Assembly (NCBI GenBank): GCA_963840935.1
Contig: CAWJAS010000001.1
Location: 256,875-320,874, forward strand
Source: Candidatus Magasanikiibacteriota bacterium
Lineage (GTDB): Bacteria; Patescibacteriota; Patescibacteriia; Magasanikbacterales; GWA2-37-8
Direction: 5' to 3'
Length of the DNA: 64,000 nt
Shown here: in pieces, positions 17,435 through 27,508 of the stretch
Numbering within the stretch: position 1 is the stretch's first letter
Layout of the letters: the number at the start of each line of letters is the position of its first letter
Translations under genes and position numbers: made by a program
Notes under the pieces: model-generated
Database searches by the model: none
Seen by the model: only the letters and a program-made list of their open reading frames with translations
Told to the model about the DNA's origin: nothing

Positions 17435-18240
17435 ATATTCAGTTTTGGTTCTTATGCCGAATATAATGCGGTTTTTGGCACAAATAATCAATTGTATAAT
17501 ACTGCAAAGTATTCTTAGTTACCGGTGGTTTTAATAATGTCACTTCAACATATTCCAGCGCGTTTGGCCAATCTCATATTATTAAAGGAGATTATTCACA
17601 TCTTTTTGGTTATAGCATTGACAGCCAACAGCGAATTTATTCTTTTGGTGTTAATGTTAGTTCAACGGCAGTAACTATGAACACCCCCAATACCATCGCC
17701 CTTATGGGTGGGAATGTCGGTATTGGCACAACATCGCCGGCATCATTATTAACAATTGGTAGTGGTGGTCAGTTTCAAGTTAATTCGACCGGCAATTTAA
17801 CGAAAATTAACAATGTTCAATACTCATGGCCTTCCGCCAACGGAGCTTCCGGTACGCTATTTACCACCGATGCTTCGGGTAATTTATCTTGGGTTGCCAC
17901 AACTTCTCTTGGATTGGCAACCGGCAATGTCACCGGTTCGGGTTCGACCGGCATGGTTACTTTTTGGACCGACACCAATGTGATATCAGGTTCATCTTCA
18001 TTTATTTGGGATAATACCAATCGCTCTTTGTCGGCTGGCGGAGTCGGAAGCATGTTATTTGTCGGCACGAAAAACTCTTTTGTATTTTCGGATAACAGTA
18101 GTATACAAATTAACCCGGATTCTTTTATTGGCGGTGGTTATTCAAATGTAGTAGTTGCAACATCGTCTTTTGTTGGAGGCGGTTATTATAACGAAATTCG
18201 TGATGGGGGAAACCTTCATCATTTATTGGTGGGGGCATGA
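17432..18240 (+). pseudogene. Disrupted junction region of giant gene 2 with three lesions
   Basis: An in-frame TAA lies at 17432-17434, and the repeat-consistent translation continues after it (IFSFGSYAEYNAVFGTNNQLYNTAKYS). A TAG/frame change occurs near 17515-17521. A +/-1 shift occurs in a G5 run near 18200-18210 (GGYYNEIRDGG / KPSSFIGGGMSNVIAG). Confidence 0.6.
17677..18240 (+). CDS. Internal fragment (187 aa) of giant gene 2
   Basis: Repeat-type sequence (NTIALMGGNVGIGTTSP...) continuous in content with the upstream and downstream segments. Overlaps the next ORF by 4 nt in another frame. Confidence 0.5.
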   Translation: MNTPNTIALMGGNVGIGTTSPASLLTIGSGGQFQVNSTGNLTKINNVQYSWPSANGASGTLFTTDASGNLSWVATTSLGLATGNVTGSGSTGMVTFWTDTNVISGSSSFIWDNTNRSLSAGGVGSMLFVGTKNSFVFSDNSSIQINPDSFIGGGYSNVVVATSSFVGGGYYNEIRDGGNLHHLLVGA

Positions 18241-21200
18241 GCAATGTTATTGCCGGGCAACATTCAGGTGTGGTCGCAGGCACTTATAATATTGTTACTT
18301 CTTCGAATTCATTTATCGGAGGCGGTTCAAATAATCAAATAACAAATTCCGCATCGCGCTCGTTTATCGGTGGCGGTCAATATAATTTCGCGGATGGTTT
18401 AAATTCTTTTATTGGGGGCTACGCCAACACCACCACTGGTAATAATGCGACTGCCTTCGGGTATCAGATGCAAGTTGATGGTAATTACTCTTTTGGCATA
18501 AATGTTTCCTCGACTAATCCGGCCACAATTACAAATAATAATACTATAGCTTTAATGGGTGGGAATGTTGGAGTGGGCACCACAACGCCAGAAACAAAAT
18601 TAACCATTGATTCAACTGTAGGCGCTGGTTTATTTGGTGGAATATCTTTATCTGGCGGGGGTGCTCCAACTGCGATTTTAGGTCATGCCAATATAGTTAG
18701 TAATCATTCGGGTGTTTTAGCATTATATAACAATACCCCAGCCGAATTATTACCACCAGTATTTATTCCCGCATGGACTAAATCGGCAATATTACACGGC
18801 TTGAATATTGGTACGACATCATATTCGGGAACTGGGTTGTTAAATGTCGGTCTTACCCAACAATTCCGGGTTGATAACGATGGTGACATTGCAAGGATTA
18901 AAAATATTTCTTATGATTGGCCAGACTCTCAAGGTGCCGTTGGTACTATCTTACAAAATAACGGGGCAGGAGCATTATATTGGACTGCGACATCATCGCT
19001 CGGTTTTGTTGACACAGACACCACCACATCCCCGGCCGGTTTTGACGGGTATATTCAATTTAATGAAGACGGTGAATTCGCGGCGAGTCAGAATTTATAT
19101 TGGGCCACATCAACTGGACGATTGGGTGTTGGTGACGCATCGATAGCCGGAAGTCCGACCAATAAATTATCAATTGGCGCGACACCCAGCAGTGGTTCCG
19201 CTGACGGTATGTCTATATACGGTGATGACTTATTAACTGCCTTTGTCGGTAATTACAATTCCAGTGGTGTTTATACCGGTCGTATCGGACTTTATCGCGC
19301 CGAAGACGCTGATACTGAATTAAAAACATTCATCAGTGCCAGTGCTTCATATTTTGTCGGCGGTAATGTCGGAATCGGTGTTTCAACGACAATCCCGTCT
19401 TTGTTAACCGTTGGTTCAAATAGCGGTTTCCAAGTCAATTCTTCCGGCAATTTAACAAAAATTAACAATGTCACATATTCCTGGCCAGGATCACAAGGCG
19501 CGGCTAGCACAATTTTACAAAATGACGGTTCGGGCACATTAACTTGGGTCAATACCTCCACCCTCGGTTTCGCCACCTCTTCGCACACCCATGCCACGCT
19601 CTCACAAGGTACCGGTATCGCCGCGTTTTCATACAACGGTTCATCGGCCGCCACTGTCGGTCTGGCCACTTCGGGTGTTACTGCCGGCACTTATGGCACG
19701 GTTTCAGCAGTGCCTATCTTAGTAGTTGATACCTATGGTCGTATTACTTCGGCTTCCACATCATCAATTGCCATTTCTGCCAGTCAAATTACATCCGGGA
19801 TTCTTCCTATCGCTCGTGGTGGCACTAATTCTTCAACTATCGGCGCTGCCGGTTCGGTCCCATATTCCGATGCCACTTCATACCGTTTTACAGCCGTTGG
19901 CACCTCCGGTCAAATTCTACGCTCCAACGGGGCCGGAGCCCCAACTTGGGTTTCCACTTCAACTCTCGGCATTACTGTCACTGAAACCGATCCTGTTTTT
20001 GACGCCTTGCCGGCGGCCAAAGGTGATATATTTACCGCCACGGCCAATGATACACCATCAATTTTGTCTGTCGGTACGAATGGAAAAATATTAACAGCTT
20101 CTTCTTCCGCCACTAACGGCATAGATTGGATGACGACATCTTCTCTCATCGGCACTCTTGGCACCATGGCTTATCAAAATGCTAATAACGTAAATATTTC
20201 GGGGGGAACGATTACCAGTATAGGGGATGTTACAATTAACGAAGGTCAGCTTTATGTGCATGACAATTTATATATTACAGACGGTGATAGCGATACGGTG
20301 TCCGGCATATATTTGGGTGCCACCGAAGTCGGTCAATATTTTATAACCTCAGCCGGTACTGCCGGTCAACTTTGGTCGTCTGACGGAGATGGGCGCGGAA
20401 CATGGGTGGCGACATCTTCACTTGGTATTGCTAGCGCCGGTGGTTGGACTGATGATGGCATGGTAGTGCGATTGACCACCATTATAGACAATGTCGGCAT
20501 CGGCACAACCACACCGGCGGCTAAACTGCATGTAAATATCACAACTGGCGACGGTATCATATTAGGCTCAGGAAGCAGTGGAAGCGCAGTAGCTAAATTG
20601 TTTGCCAATGGTGACTATGGCGATGTTGGTAATATATCGTTGCATTATGGCTCAAGCCAAAAAGCTTTATTATCGGCCGACGGTGTTTCCTATCTTAATG
20701 GCGGGAATGTAGGCATTGGTACCACTTCACCGGCGGCTAAACTGCATGTAAATATCACAACTGGCGACGGTATCATATTAGGCTCAGGAAGCAGTGGAAG
20801 CGCAGTAGCTAAATTGTTTGCCAATGGTGACTATGGCGATGTTGGTAATATATCGTTGCATTATGGCTCAAGCCAAAAAGCTTTATTATCGGCCGACGGT
20901 GTTTCCTATCTTAATGGCGGGAATGTAGGCATTGGTACCACTTCACCGGCGGCTAAACTGCATGTAAATATCACAACTGGCGACGGTATCATATTAGGCT
21001 CAGGAAGCAGTGGAAGCGCAGTAGCTAAATTGTTTGCCAATGGTGACTATGGCGATGTTGGTAATATATCGTTGCATTATGGCTCAAGCCAAAAAGCTTT
21101 ATTATCGGCCGACGGTGTTTCCTATCTTAATGGCGGGAATGTCGGCATTGGTACCACTTCACCGTCATACAGCTTATCTGTTGCTGGTCATATGGCAGTT

Positions 21201-24200
21201 ACTGGAACGTTCAGAGTGGGGAATTCTCAAGATGCCGGTGCTTCAGGATATATTTTGCGATCAAATGGTTCATCGGTCGCCCCGACTTGGGTGGCCACAT
21301 CTTCGCTTGGCTTAATGAGTACTGCTCTTGCTTCCGCATACATTTGGGTAGGCAATGCTTCCGGCGTAGCAACTGCTGTTTCTATGAGCAGTGACGCTAC
21401 GATATCCAACACAGGTGCTCTAACTATTTCAGCCAATGCGGTTGGGTCAAATGAAATAATTAACAATTCAATTGCGCCGGTTGACATGGCTTCAAGTAGC
21501 GCCCCATCAGCAGTTGGAAATGTTTTAACCTATAACGGAAGTAACTTTAAATGGATTGCCACATCTTCTCTGGGAATCGCCTCTGCCGGTGGTTGGACTG
21601 ATGATGGTACGGTGGTCAGATTAACCGCAATTACAGATAGTGTCGGCATCGGCACAACCACTCCGCCATTTAAATTGGCGGTTCAAGCAGGATATAATGA
21701 TGGAATTACTTTATATAGCCCAACAGCGGTTGGGACTATTGGGATGGTTAGTATTCTTGGTGGTGGCGGTGGTCCGGCCGGAGTTTTGTTAGCAATGGAT
21801 ACTGGAGTAATAAAAACTCGTATTAGCGCCGACGCCAGCACGGATTCATATTTTGATGCTGGTGATGTCGGTATAGGTACAACTACCCCATCAAACAAAT
21901 TGCAGGTAAATGTCACTAGCAATAATGATGGCATATTATTGAGTGGCAATAGCACACTTGCTGCAAAATTATATTATGATGGTTCGAGTGGCCATATCGG
22001 ATATATGTCTTTATATGGCGGTGGAGCGGAAACCGTTAAATTATCAGCATCTGGCTATTCATATATAAATGGCGGTAATGTCGGCATCGGCACAACCACT
22101 CCGCCATTTAAATTGGCGGTTCAAGCAGGATATAATGATGGAATTACTTTATATAGCCCAACAGCGGTTGGGACTATTGGGATGGTTAGTATTCTTGGTG
22201 GTGGCGGTGGTCCGGCCGGAGTTTTGTTAGCAATGGATACTGGAGTAACAAAAATTAGAATAAGCGCTGACGCTAGTACTGATTCATATTTTAACGCTGG
22301 TGATGTCGGCATCGGCACAACAACCCCCGCCGGAAAACTGCATGTATTATCATCCGCAAGCGACGGCATATTATTAAGCGGAACAGATGATAACAAAATT
22401 GCGGCTAAACTTCATCACACTTACATGAGCGGAGCAACCGCGGGTTTGTTGTCCATGTACGATAATACAGTCCAAAAAATATATTTGAATGCCGGCGGTA
22501 TTTCGTATTTGAACGGAGGCAATGTGGGTATTGGCACTACTTCTCCTGCCTATAAATTAACTGTTGCCGGCGATTTACACGTTACAGGTACTTTAAGAGT
22601 AGGAAATAATTTTGATGCAGGTATTACCGGATACCTGTTGATGTCAAATGGCTCTTCTCTTGCACCTAGCTGGACATCAACAGCAACTTTATTTTCCTCT
22701 GCCGGTGGTTGGACTGACGATGGTACTATAGTAAGGTTGACTACATTGGGTGATAAAGTTGGAATTAATACATACAGCGCTTTTGCGCCCCTCCATGTTG
22801 GAGATACATCAAATGATGGCACTATTGTCGCAAAAGGATTACTAGGTTCTGGATACTCATTAAATTTAGATCAAGATCAACCATATTTTGTATGGAGTTC
22901 CAAGCGAGCAGCGTTAAGAGCTGGTATATCAGGGTCATCTTTAGCTTGGGATGATGCCTATGTTGGAAATTATTCTGTTGCCATGGGTTATTATTCGGCG
23001 GCAACAGGCACAGCATCAGTTGCAATCGGTGGAGCTAATATTGCCACAGCAGATTATGCAACAGCGCTTGGTTACAATATGACTGTTTCCGGCGCGCGTT
23101 CATTCGGTGTAAATGTTTCAACTACAGCCGCCACCCTCTCGCAGGCTGATACTATCGCCTTGATGGGTGGCAATGTTGGGGTTGGTAAAGTTAACCCAGA
23201 AAGAAAGCTCGATGTTAGCGGAGTGGCGCGAATTCAAAATTTTGCTTCTTTGAGCAATGTACAATATGATGCAGTCAATATTAATTATACGATGTTGGGC
23301 AACAACATCTACATGAATGAATATTCCGGTGTTCCTTATTTTGCTTATTTAAATACTGACAGCGGTGGAGCGACAGGTTATTCCGGTATGTTATTGGCTT
23401 CCGCTGGTTTTAATTTTTACGCCGATGTTTCTTCAACTGTTAAAGATGGTGTTTTGAGTGACCCAAATAAATTAATGGATTTATTATATGATGGGCAACT
23501 TATTTCATATGGCACTTATAGCGTAGGCGATTCTTTAACTGCGTCAGGCGCCGGCACCCGTATGATTTGGTTCCCAAAAAAATCCGCTTTTAGAGCGGGC
23601 ACAGCAGAAGGCACAGAATATAACGACGCGAATATTGGCAATTATTCATTTGCAGGAGGTTCTGGTAATCTTGCAAGCGGTGAATCTGCTACTGCCTTTG
23701 GAAGCAGAAATACTGCAAGTGGACAGTGGTCTTTTATCGCTGGCTCGCAAAATACCGCGTCTAATACGGCGTCCATCGCTTTGGGTCGCTCAAATAATGC
23801 CACTGGAATTTATTCTTTTACCGCTGGTTATGGTAACACTGCAAGCGGAATTTATTCCGTGGCTATTGGTAGAAGTTCAGTTGCGAGCGAAGAACACACT
23901 ACGGCTTTGGGCTATAATGCAACAGCAAGCGGTGAATATGCGACTGCTTTGGGTTATCAGAGTACCGCAAGTTTTTATGGTGCTTCTGCGTTTGGTTTTA
24001 GAAGTGTTGCTAGTAGCTTTTACTCTCTGGCTTTAGGTAACACTGTAACGTCAAGCGGATCAAACGCCGTTGCTATGGGTAGCTTTATTACTGTTTCTGG
24101 TTCTAGCTCGCTTGGTATTAATGTGTCTTCTACTGTGCCCGCAACACTTTCTCAAAATCACACTATCGCCTTAATGGGTGGGAATGTCGGTGTTGGCACA

Positions 24201-27200
24201 GTGACACCAAGTGAACAGTTGGCTGTTTGGGGTGATATGCGTGTCGCGACTACCACAGGAACTGCGCCCGCATTATATGTTGACGTATCGGCCAATGCGA
24301 TTGGTGTTCGAATGATAGCGCCACAAGAAGCTTTGCATGTTGAAGGCAATATTAGAATTCCTGGAACAGGTGCTTCAGACGGATATATTAAAATGGATGC
24401 TAATCGATATATCCATAGTTATGGGGGCACAACAAACTTTTTTGCCGGTGTTAATGCCGGTGGGCTGTCAATGACCGGTGATTACAACACAGGTGTTGGA
24501 GCTAGTTCATTAAATAATATTACATCCGGTCAAAACAATGTAGCTTTGGGTTACTACGCCTCACGAGATTTGCAAACCGGTTCAGATAATGTTGCGGTTG
24601 GAGTAAATGCGCTTTTTAATGCTACGGGTTATAGTGCCAATGTCGCCGTTGGTAAAGATGCTATGGCGGAAACTACTGCGAATTCAAGCACCGCAGTTGG
24701 TTATGAGGCGCTCAGTCGTAATACCAGTGGCGAAGGCTTGGTCGCGGTTGGTTATCAAGCTCTTACAACCAATTCCACAGGTAATTACAATTCGGCTCTT
24801 GGTTATCAAGCGCTTTATTCCAATACAACCGGTTTATATAACACGGCCTTTGGCTCTCAAACTCTTTATGATAATGTTAGCGCCCATGCCAATACCGCTT
24901 TGGGTTGGGGTGCGCTGGCGAACACAACGAACGCATCAAATACTGCGGTTGGTTTTGGAGCTTTAATTACTGATACAACTGGTTATAGTAATACTGCCGT
25001 GGGTTTGTACGCTCTAAGATATGTTTCTTCGGGCAGTTATAACGTTGCTATTGGGCTTGATGCGGGCGATAATTCTGTTTTTAATACCGAAAGTTATAAT
25101 ACTTTGATTGGAGCAAGAGCGGATGTTTCTGCTGATGCCATATCAAATTCAACCGCAATTGGCTATGACGCTGTGGTTGGTTCTAGCAACAGGGTCGTTC
25201 TTGGAAATGGCGATGTTACTTCTGTTTATATGTCCGATGATGGTGGAGCAAGTGTCTACTTCACGCCGGCTAGCACTCTTTATACTACTGCGTTATGTTG
25301 GGATAATTCCGGCCCGTCGAGTATATATGATTGTAACGGTTCGGCGACCGACTACATGGAATACTACGCGGTTGACAACGATGTTGAATCCGGGGATTTG
25401 GTTGTAATCGGAGATACTTATGTTTCAACAACCGAAGGTTTTACAATAGCAAAATTAGAAAAAGCGACAGGCCCATACGACCCGAAATTATTAGGTGTTA
25501 TTTCAATAAAAGAATGGGCTGGCGATTTCAATTCAATCGGTCAAAATAGTATTTACGAATCAGACAATCCGCACGTGCTTGCTCTTTCAGGTCGTATTCC
25601 CGTAAAGGTTACCACAGATAATGGTCCTATTTATAAAGGCGACAAGCTTACTTCATCTGATCGCCCTGGTTATGCCATGAAAGCCACCGAAGACGGTCCG
25701 ACTATTGGTATTGCTTTGGCAGATTTTACAGGTTCGGCCACAGGAACGGTTATGGTATTTATTGATCTTGGGTGGAATAATACAATTTATCGCGGATTAA
25801 CAATAAATGAAAGCGACTCGGAAATAACATTCAAAACACCAACTTTGGCTTTCACAACCACCACATATTTTACCTCTTCCGTCTCATCCACCCCCGACTC
25901 CCGCGCTTTCATCTTTAACGCTCTTAACTTTGATACCACATCAACCGACAAATACATATTATCTCTCCGTTCTAACAACAACCCGGTCTTCTCTGTCTCA
26001 TCAAACGGCGATGTTCATTCCTCCGGCAACATGTACGCCGCTTCGGCTGTCCTCGGTACTTCCACCAACCCGGGTGACTTGGCAGAAAAGGTAGACATAA
26101 ACCCCTCGGAAACCGTGGAAGCAGGGGATGTGATGATGGTTGACCCGGCATCACCCGACAGATACCAAAAATCAAATCAAGCATACGAACCGACTGTGGC
26201 CGGCGTTATCTCCACGAACCCAACCATCATTGTCGGCAACGGCAAAACCGACCAAACCGCTCCTCTTGCCATGGTCGGCAGGGTACCGGTCAAATTCAGT
26301 GAAGAAAATGGCGCAATACAAAGAGGTGACCTCCTTGTTTCCGCGAGTACCCCGGGCTATGCCATGAAATATGACCCGATTCTCGACAACTCCAGAAAAG
26401 TGGTCGGCATCATCGGTATTGCTCTTGATAATTCCATGGAATCAACCAATGGCAAAGTAATGACTCTCATCAGAACCGGTTGGGTCTACAACAAAACCCA
26501 AGCCGTCTCCAACCTTGAACAACAAGTTTACTATGTTGCTTCAAGCGCCGGTGTTGACCTATCGGTTGACCCTGAACTCATGAATATTGAAACTACTAGT
26601 GAAGGCTCTATCACCTACAACAGCGATAGCAACCTTAGTCTCAACAATTTCTCCATCACCAATGTCAAATCAATAATATCAACCAACAATAAATGGACCA
26701 TAGACGAGAACGGCATATTAATTTCTAAAATCATTACCGCTGAAGGCGCTGAAAAGAATATCTATGGCATGACTTCAGAATCTGCAGAGATTACGCTATC
26801 GGGAACCGGAACTTTGCAAATGGGTGAAATATTTATTTCTTTTGCGACCGATACAAAATCAATTATTGATGAATTAGAACCGATTAAAGTGAGTGTCACC
26901 TTAACTTCCATAGACGCAAAAGGAATCGCGGTTATAGAAAAATCCAATGAAGGATTTAAAGTTAAGGAATTGGATAATGGGACATCAAACGCCACATTTG
27001 ATTGGATTGTGATTGCCAAACGGCGTGCAATAATTAACGAATCAAGCAGTGAACCTGAAACTATTGATACTAAATCATCATCCGGTTCGCCGGTTGATGA
27101 GAGTTCTGTTGATGAGGAATTAACTCAAGCAGGAGAGGAAGACGAAACGACGGACTCGTCTTCTTCTCCTGCCGGTGATTCTTTCGAGGAACCGTTGGCT

Positions 27201-27299
27201 GAAGAACCGCCTGCAGACGAAGAACCATCTCTGGAAGAAACTCTGCCAGCCCCTGAACCTTCGGCAGAAGAGTCAACCCCTGAAGAATTTACCCCATAA
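18237..27299 (+). CDS. Main segment (3020 aa) of giant fibre/adhesin-like gene 2
   Basis: Contains Hep_Hag-like repeats, phage-fibre motifs (GVTAGTYGTVSAVPILVVDTYGRITSAS...ILPIARGGTN), perfect tandem repeats, GAGTRMIWFPKKSAFRAG, the C-terminal module shared with gene 1 and an acidic Pro/Glu-rich tail. Confidence 0.75.
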   Translation: MSNVIAGQHSGVVAGTYNIVTSSNSFIGGGSNNQITNSASRSFIGGGQYNFADGLNSFIGGYANTTTGNNATAFGYQMQVDGNYSFGINVSSTNPATITNNNTIALMGGNVGVGTTTPETKLTIDSTVGAGLFGGISLSGGGAPTAILGHANIVSNHSGVLALYNNTPAELLPPVFIPAWTKSAILHGLNIGTTSYSGTGLLNVGLTQQFRVDNDGDIARIKNISYDWPDSQGAVGTILQNNGAGALYWTATSSLGFVDTDTTTSPAGFDGYIQFNEDGEFAASQNLYWATSTGRLGVGDASIAGSPTNKLSIGATPSSGSADGMSIYGDDLLTAFVGNYNSSGVYTGRIGLYRAEDADTELKTFISASASYFVGGNVGIGVSTTIPSLLTVGSNSGFQVNSSGNLTKINNVTYSWPGSQGAASTILQNDGSGTLTWVNTSTLGFATSSHTHATLSQGTGIAAFSYNGSSAATVGLATSGVTAGTYGTVSAVPILVVDTYGRITSASTSSIAISASQITSGILPIARGGTNSSTIGAAGSVPYSDATSYRFTAVGTSGQILRSNGAGAPTWVSTSTLGITVTETDPVFDALPAAKGDIFTATANDTPSILSVGTNGKILTASSSATNGIDWMTTSSLIGTLGTMAYQNANNVNISGGTITSIGDVTINEGQLYVHDNLYITDGDSDTVSGIYLGATEVGQYFITSAGTAGQLWSSDGDGRGTWVATSSLGIASAGGWTDDGMVVRLTTIIDNVGIGTTTPAAKLHVNITTGDGIILGSGSSGSAVAKLFANGDYGDVGNISLHYGSSQKALLSADGVSYLNGGNVGIGTTSPAAKLHVNITTGDGIILGSGSSGSAVAKLFANGDYGDVGNISLHYGSSQKALLSADGVSYLNGGNVGIGTTSPAAKLHVNITTGDGIILGSGSSGSAVAKLFANGDYGDVGNISLHYGSSQKALLSADGVSYLNGGNVGIGTTSPSYSLSVAGHMAVTGTFRVGNSQDAGASGYILRSNGSSVAPTWVATSSLGLMSTALASAYIWVGNASGVATAVSMSSDATISNTGALTISANAVGSNEIINNSIAPVDMASSSAPSAVGNVLTYNGSNFKWIATSSLGIASAGGWTDDGTVVRLTAITDSVGIGTTTPPFKLAVQAGYNDGITLYSPTAVGTIGMVSILGGGGGPAGVLLAMDTGVIKTRISADASTDSYFDAGDVGIGTTTPSNKLQVNVTSNNDGILLSGNSTLAAKLYYDGSSGHIGYMSLYGGGAETVKLSASGYSYINGGNVGIGTTTPPFKLAVQAGYNDGITLYSPTAVGTIGMVSILGGGGGPAGVLLAMDTGVTKIRISADASTDSYFNAGDVGIGTTTPAGKLHVLSSASDGILLSGTDDNKIAAKLHHTYMSGATAGLLSMYDNTVQKIYLNAGGISYLNGGNVGIGTTSPAYKLTVAGDLHVTGTLRVGNNFDAGITGYLLMSNGSSLAPSWTSTATLFSSAGGWTDDGTIVRLTTLGDKVGINTYSAFAPLHVGDTSNDGTIVAKGLLGSGYSLNLDQDQPYFVWSSKRAALRAGISGSSLAWDDAYVGNYSVAMGYYSAATGTASVAIGGANIATADYATALGYNMTVSGARSFGVNVSTTAATLSQADTIALMGGNVGVGKVNPERKLDVSGVARIQNFASLSNVQYDAVNINYTMLGNNIYMNEYSGVPYFAYLNTDSGGATGYSGMLLASAGFNFYADVSSTVKDGVLSDPNKLMDLLYDGQLISYGTYSVGDSLTASGAGTRMIWFPKKSAFRAGTAEGTEYNDANIGNYSFAGGSGNLASGESATAFGSRNTASGQWSFIAGSQNTASNTASIALGRSNNATGIYSFTAGYGNTASGIYSVAIGRSSVASEEHTTALGYNATASGEYATALGYQSTASFYGASAFGFRSVASSFYSLALGNTVTSSGSNAVAMGSFITVSGSSSLGINVSSTVPATLSQNHTIALMGGNVGVGTVTPSEQLAVWGDMRVATTTGTAPALYVDVSANAIGVRMIAPQEALHVEGNIRIPGTGASDGYIKMDANRYIHSYGGTTNFFAGVNAGGLSMTGDYNTGVGASSLNNITSGQNNVALGYYASRDLQTGSDNVAVGVNALFNATGYSANVAVGKDAMAETTANSSTAVGYEALSRNTSGEGLVAVGYQALTTNSTGNYNSALGYQALYSNTTGLYNTAFGSQTLYDNVSAHANTALGWGALANTTNASNTAVGFGALITDTTGYSNTAVGLYALRYVSSGSYNVAIGLDAGDNSVFNTESYNTLIGARADVSADAISNSTAIGYDAVVGSSNRVVLGNGDVTSVYMSDDGGASVYFTPASTLYTTALCWDNSGPSSIYDCNGSATDYMEYYAVDNDVESGDLVVIGDTYVSTTEGFTIAKLEKATGPYDPKLLGVISIKEWAGDFNSIGQNSIYESDNPHVLALSGRIPVKVTTDNGPIYKGDKLTSSDRPGYAMKATEDGPTIGIALADFTGSATGTVMVFIDLGWNNTIYRGLTINESDSEITFKTPTLAFTTTTYFTSSVSSTPDSRAFIFNALNFDTTSTDKYILSLRSNNNPVFSVSSNGDVHSSGNMYAASAVLGTSTNPGDLAEKVDINPSETVEAGDVMMVDPASPDRYQKSNQAYEPTVAGVISTNPTIIVGNGKTDQTAPLAMVGRVPVKFSEENGAIQRGDLLVSASTPGYAMKYDPILDNSRKVVGIIGIALDNSMESTNGKVMTLIRTGWVYNKTQAVSNLEQQVYYVASSAGVDLSVDPELMNIETTSEGSITYNSDSNLSLNNFSITNVKSIISTNNKWTIDENGILISKIITAEGAEKNIYGMTSESAEITLSGTGTLQMGEIFISFATDTKSIIDELEPIKVSVTLTSIDAKGIAVIEKSNEGFKVKELDNGTSNATFDWIVIAKRRAIINESSSEPETIDTKSSSGSPVDESSVDEELTQAGEEDETTDSSSSPAGDSFEEPLAEEPPADEEPSLEETLPAPEPSAEESTPEEFTP
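20513..21169 (+). repeat. Perfect tandem repeat, 3 x 219 bp (73-aa unit), inside giant gene 2
   Basis: Three nucleotide-identical copies were seen. Each encodes AAKLHVNITTGDGIILGSGSSGSAVAKLFANGDYGDVGNISLHYGSSQKALLSADGVSYLNGGNVGIGTTSP. Confidence 0.8.
21643..22255 (+). repeat. Two ~438-bp tandem units with long identical stretches inside giant gene 2
   Basis: GIGTTTPPFKLAVQAGYNDGITLYSPTAVGTIGMVSILGGGGGPAGVLLAMDTGV... is repeated starting at 21643 and 22081. Confidence 0.65.
25875..26795 (+). repeat. About 930-bp block nearly identical to 11546-12475 in giant gene 1
   Basis: See the partner entry. A more diverged tandem copy of the same protein module lies just upstream, at about 25380-25800 (GDLVVIGDTYVS...GRIPVKVTTDNGPIYKGDKLTSSDRPGYAMKA...VMVFIDLGWNN). 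Confidence 0.75.
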
Positions 27300-27391
27300 A
27301 AACTATCGCGTAAAGTGATAGTTTTTTAAATGAATTATCTATTATATATCGCATCACGATATTTATTTTTTTATAAAAAGGGTGTCGGGGA

Positions 27392-27420
27392 TTGACAATT
27401 GTCATTAAATGTGCTATAAT
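27392..27420 (+). promoter_or_regulatory. Consensus sigma70 promoter (TTGACA-17-TATAAT) upstream of the 27509 gene
   Basis: Perfect -35 and -10 hexamers with a 17-nt spacer. The SD (AGGAGG) precedes the ATG. Confidence 0.6.
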
Positions 27421-27508
27421 AATGCGTTATAGTATATAAAGAAGTATTGGATTATTTTGATTGGCGTACCTTGAAAACAATTCAAAACAAAAAATATGAG
27501 GCATTGAA

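Noticed and set aside
20513-22255. CRISPR array suspected from the regular tandem repeats
   Set aside because: The units are 219 and 438 bp, lie inside a long ORF, and encode protein repeats. No short repeat-spacer periodicity or cas genes are present.
4127-27299. Prophage interpretation of the tail-fibre-like genes
   Set aside because: No capsid, terminase, portal, tail-tube, integrase or att-like features are present nearby. The genes have signal peptides and sizes (2930 and about 3900 aa) more consistent with cellular surface fibres built from phage-like modules.
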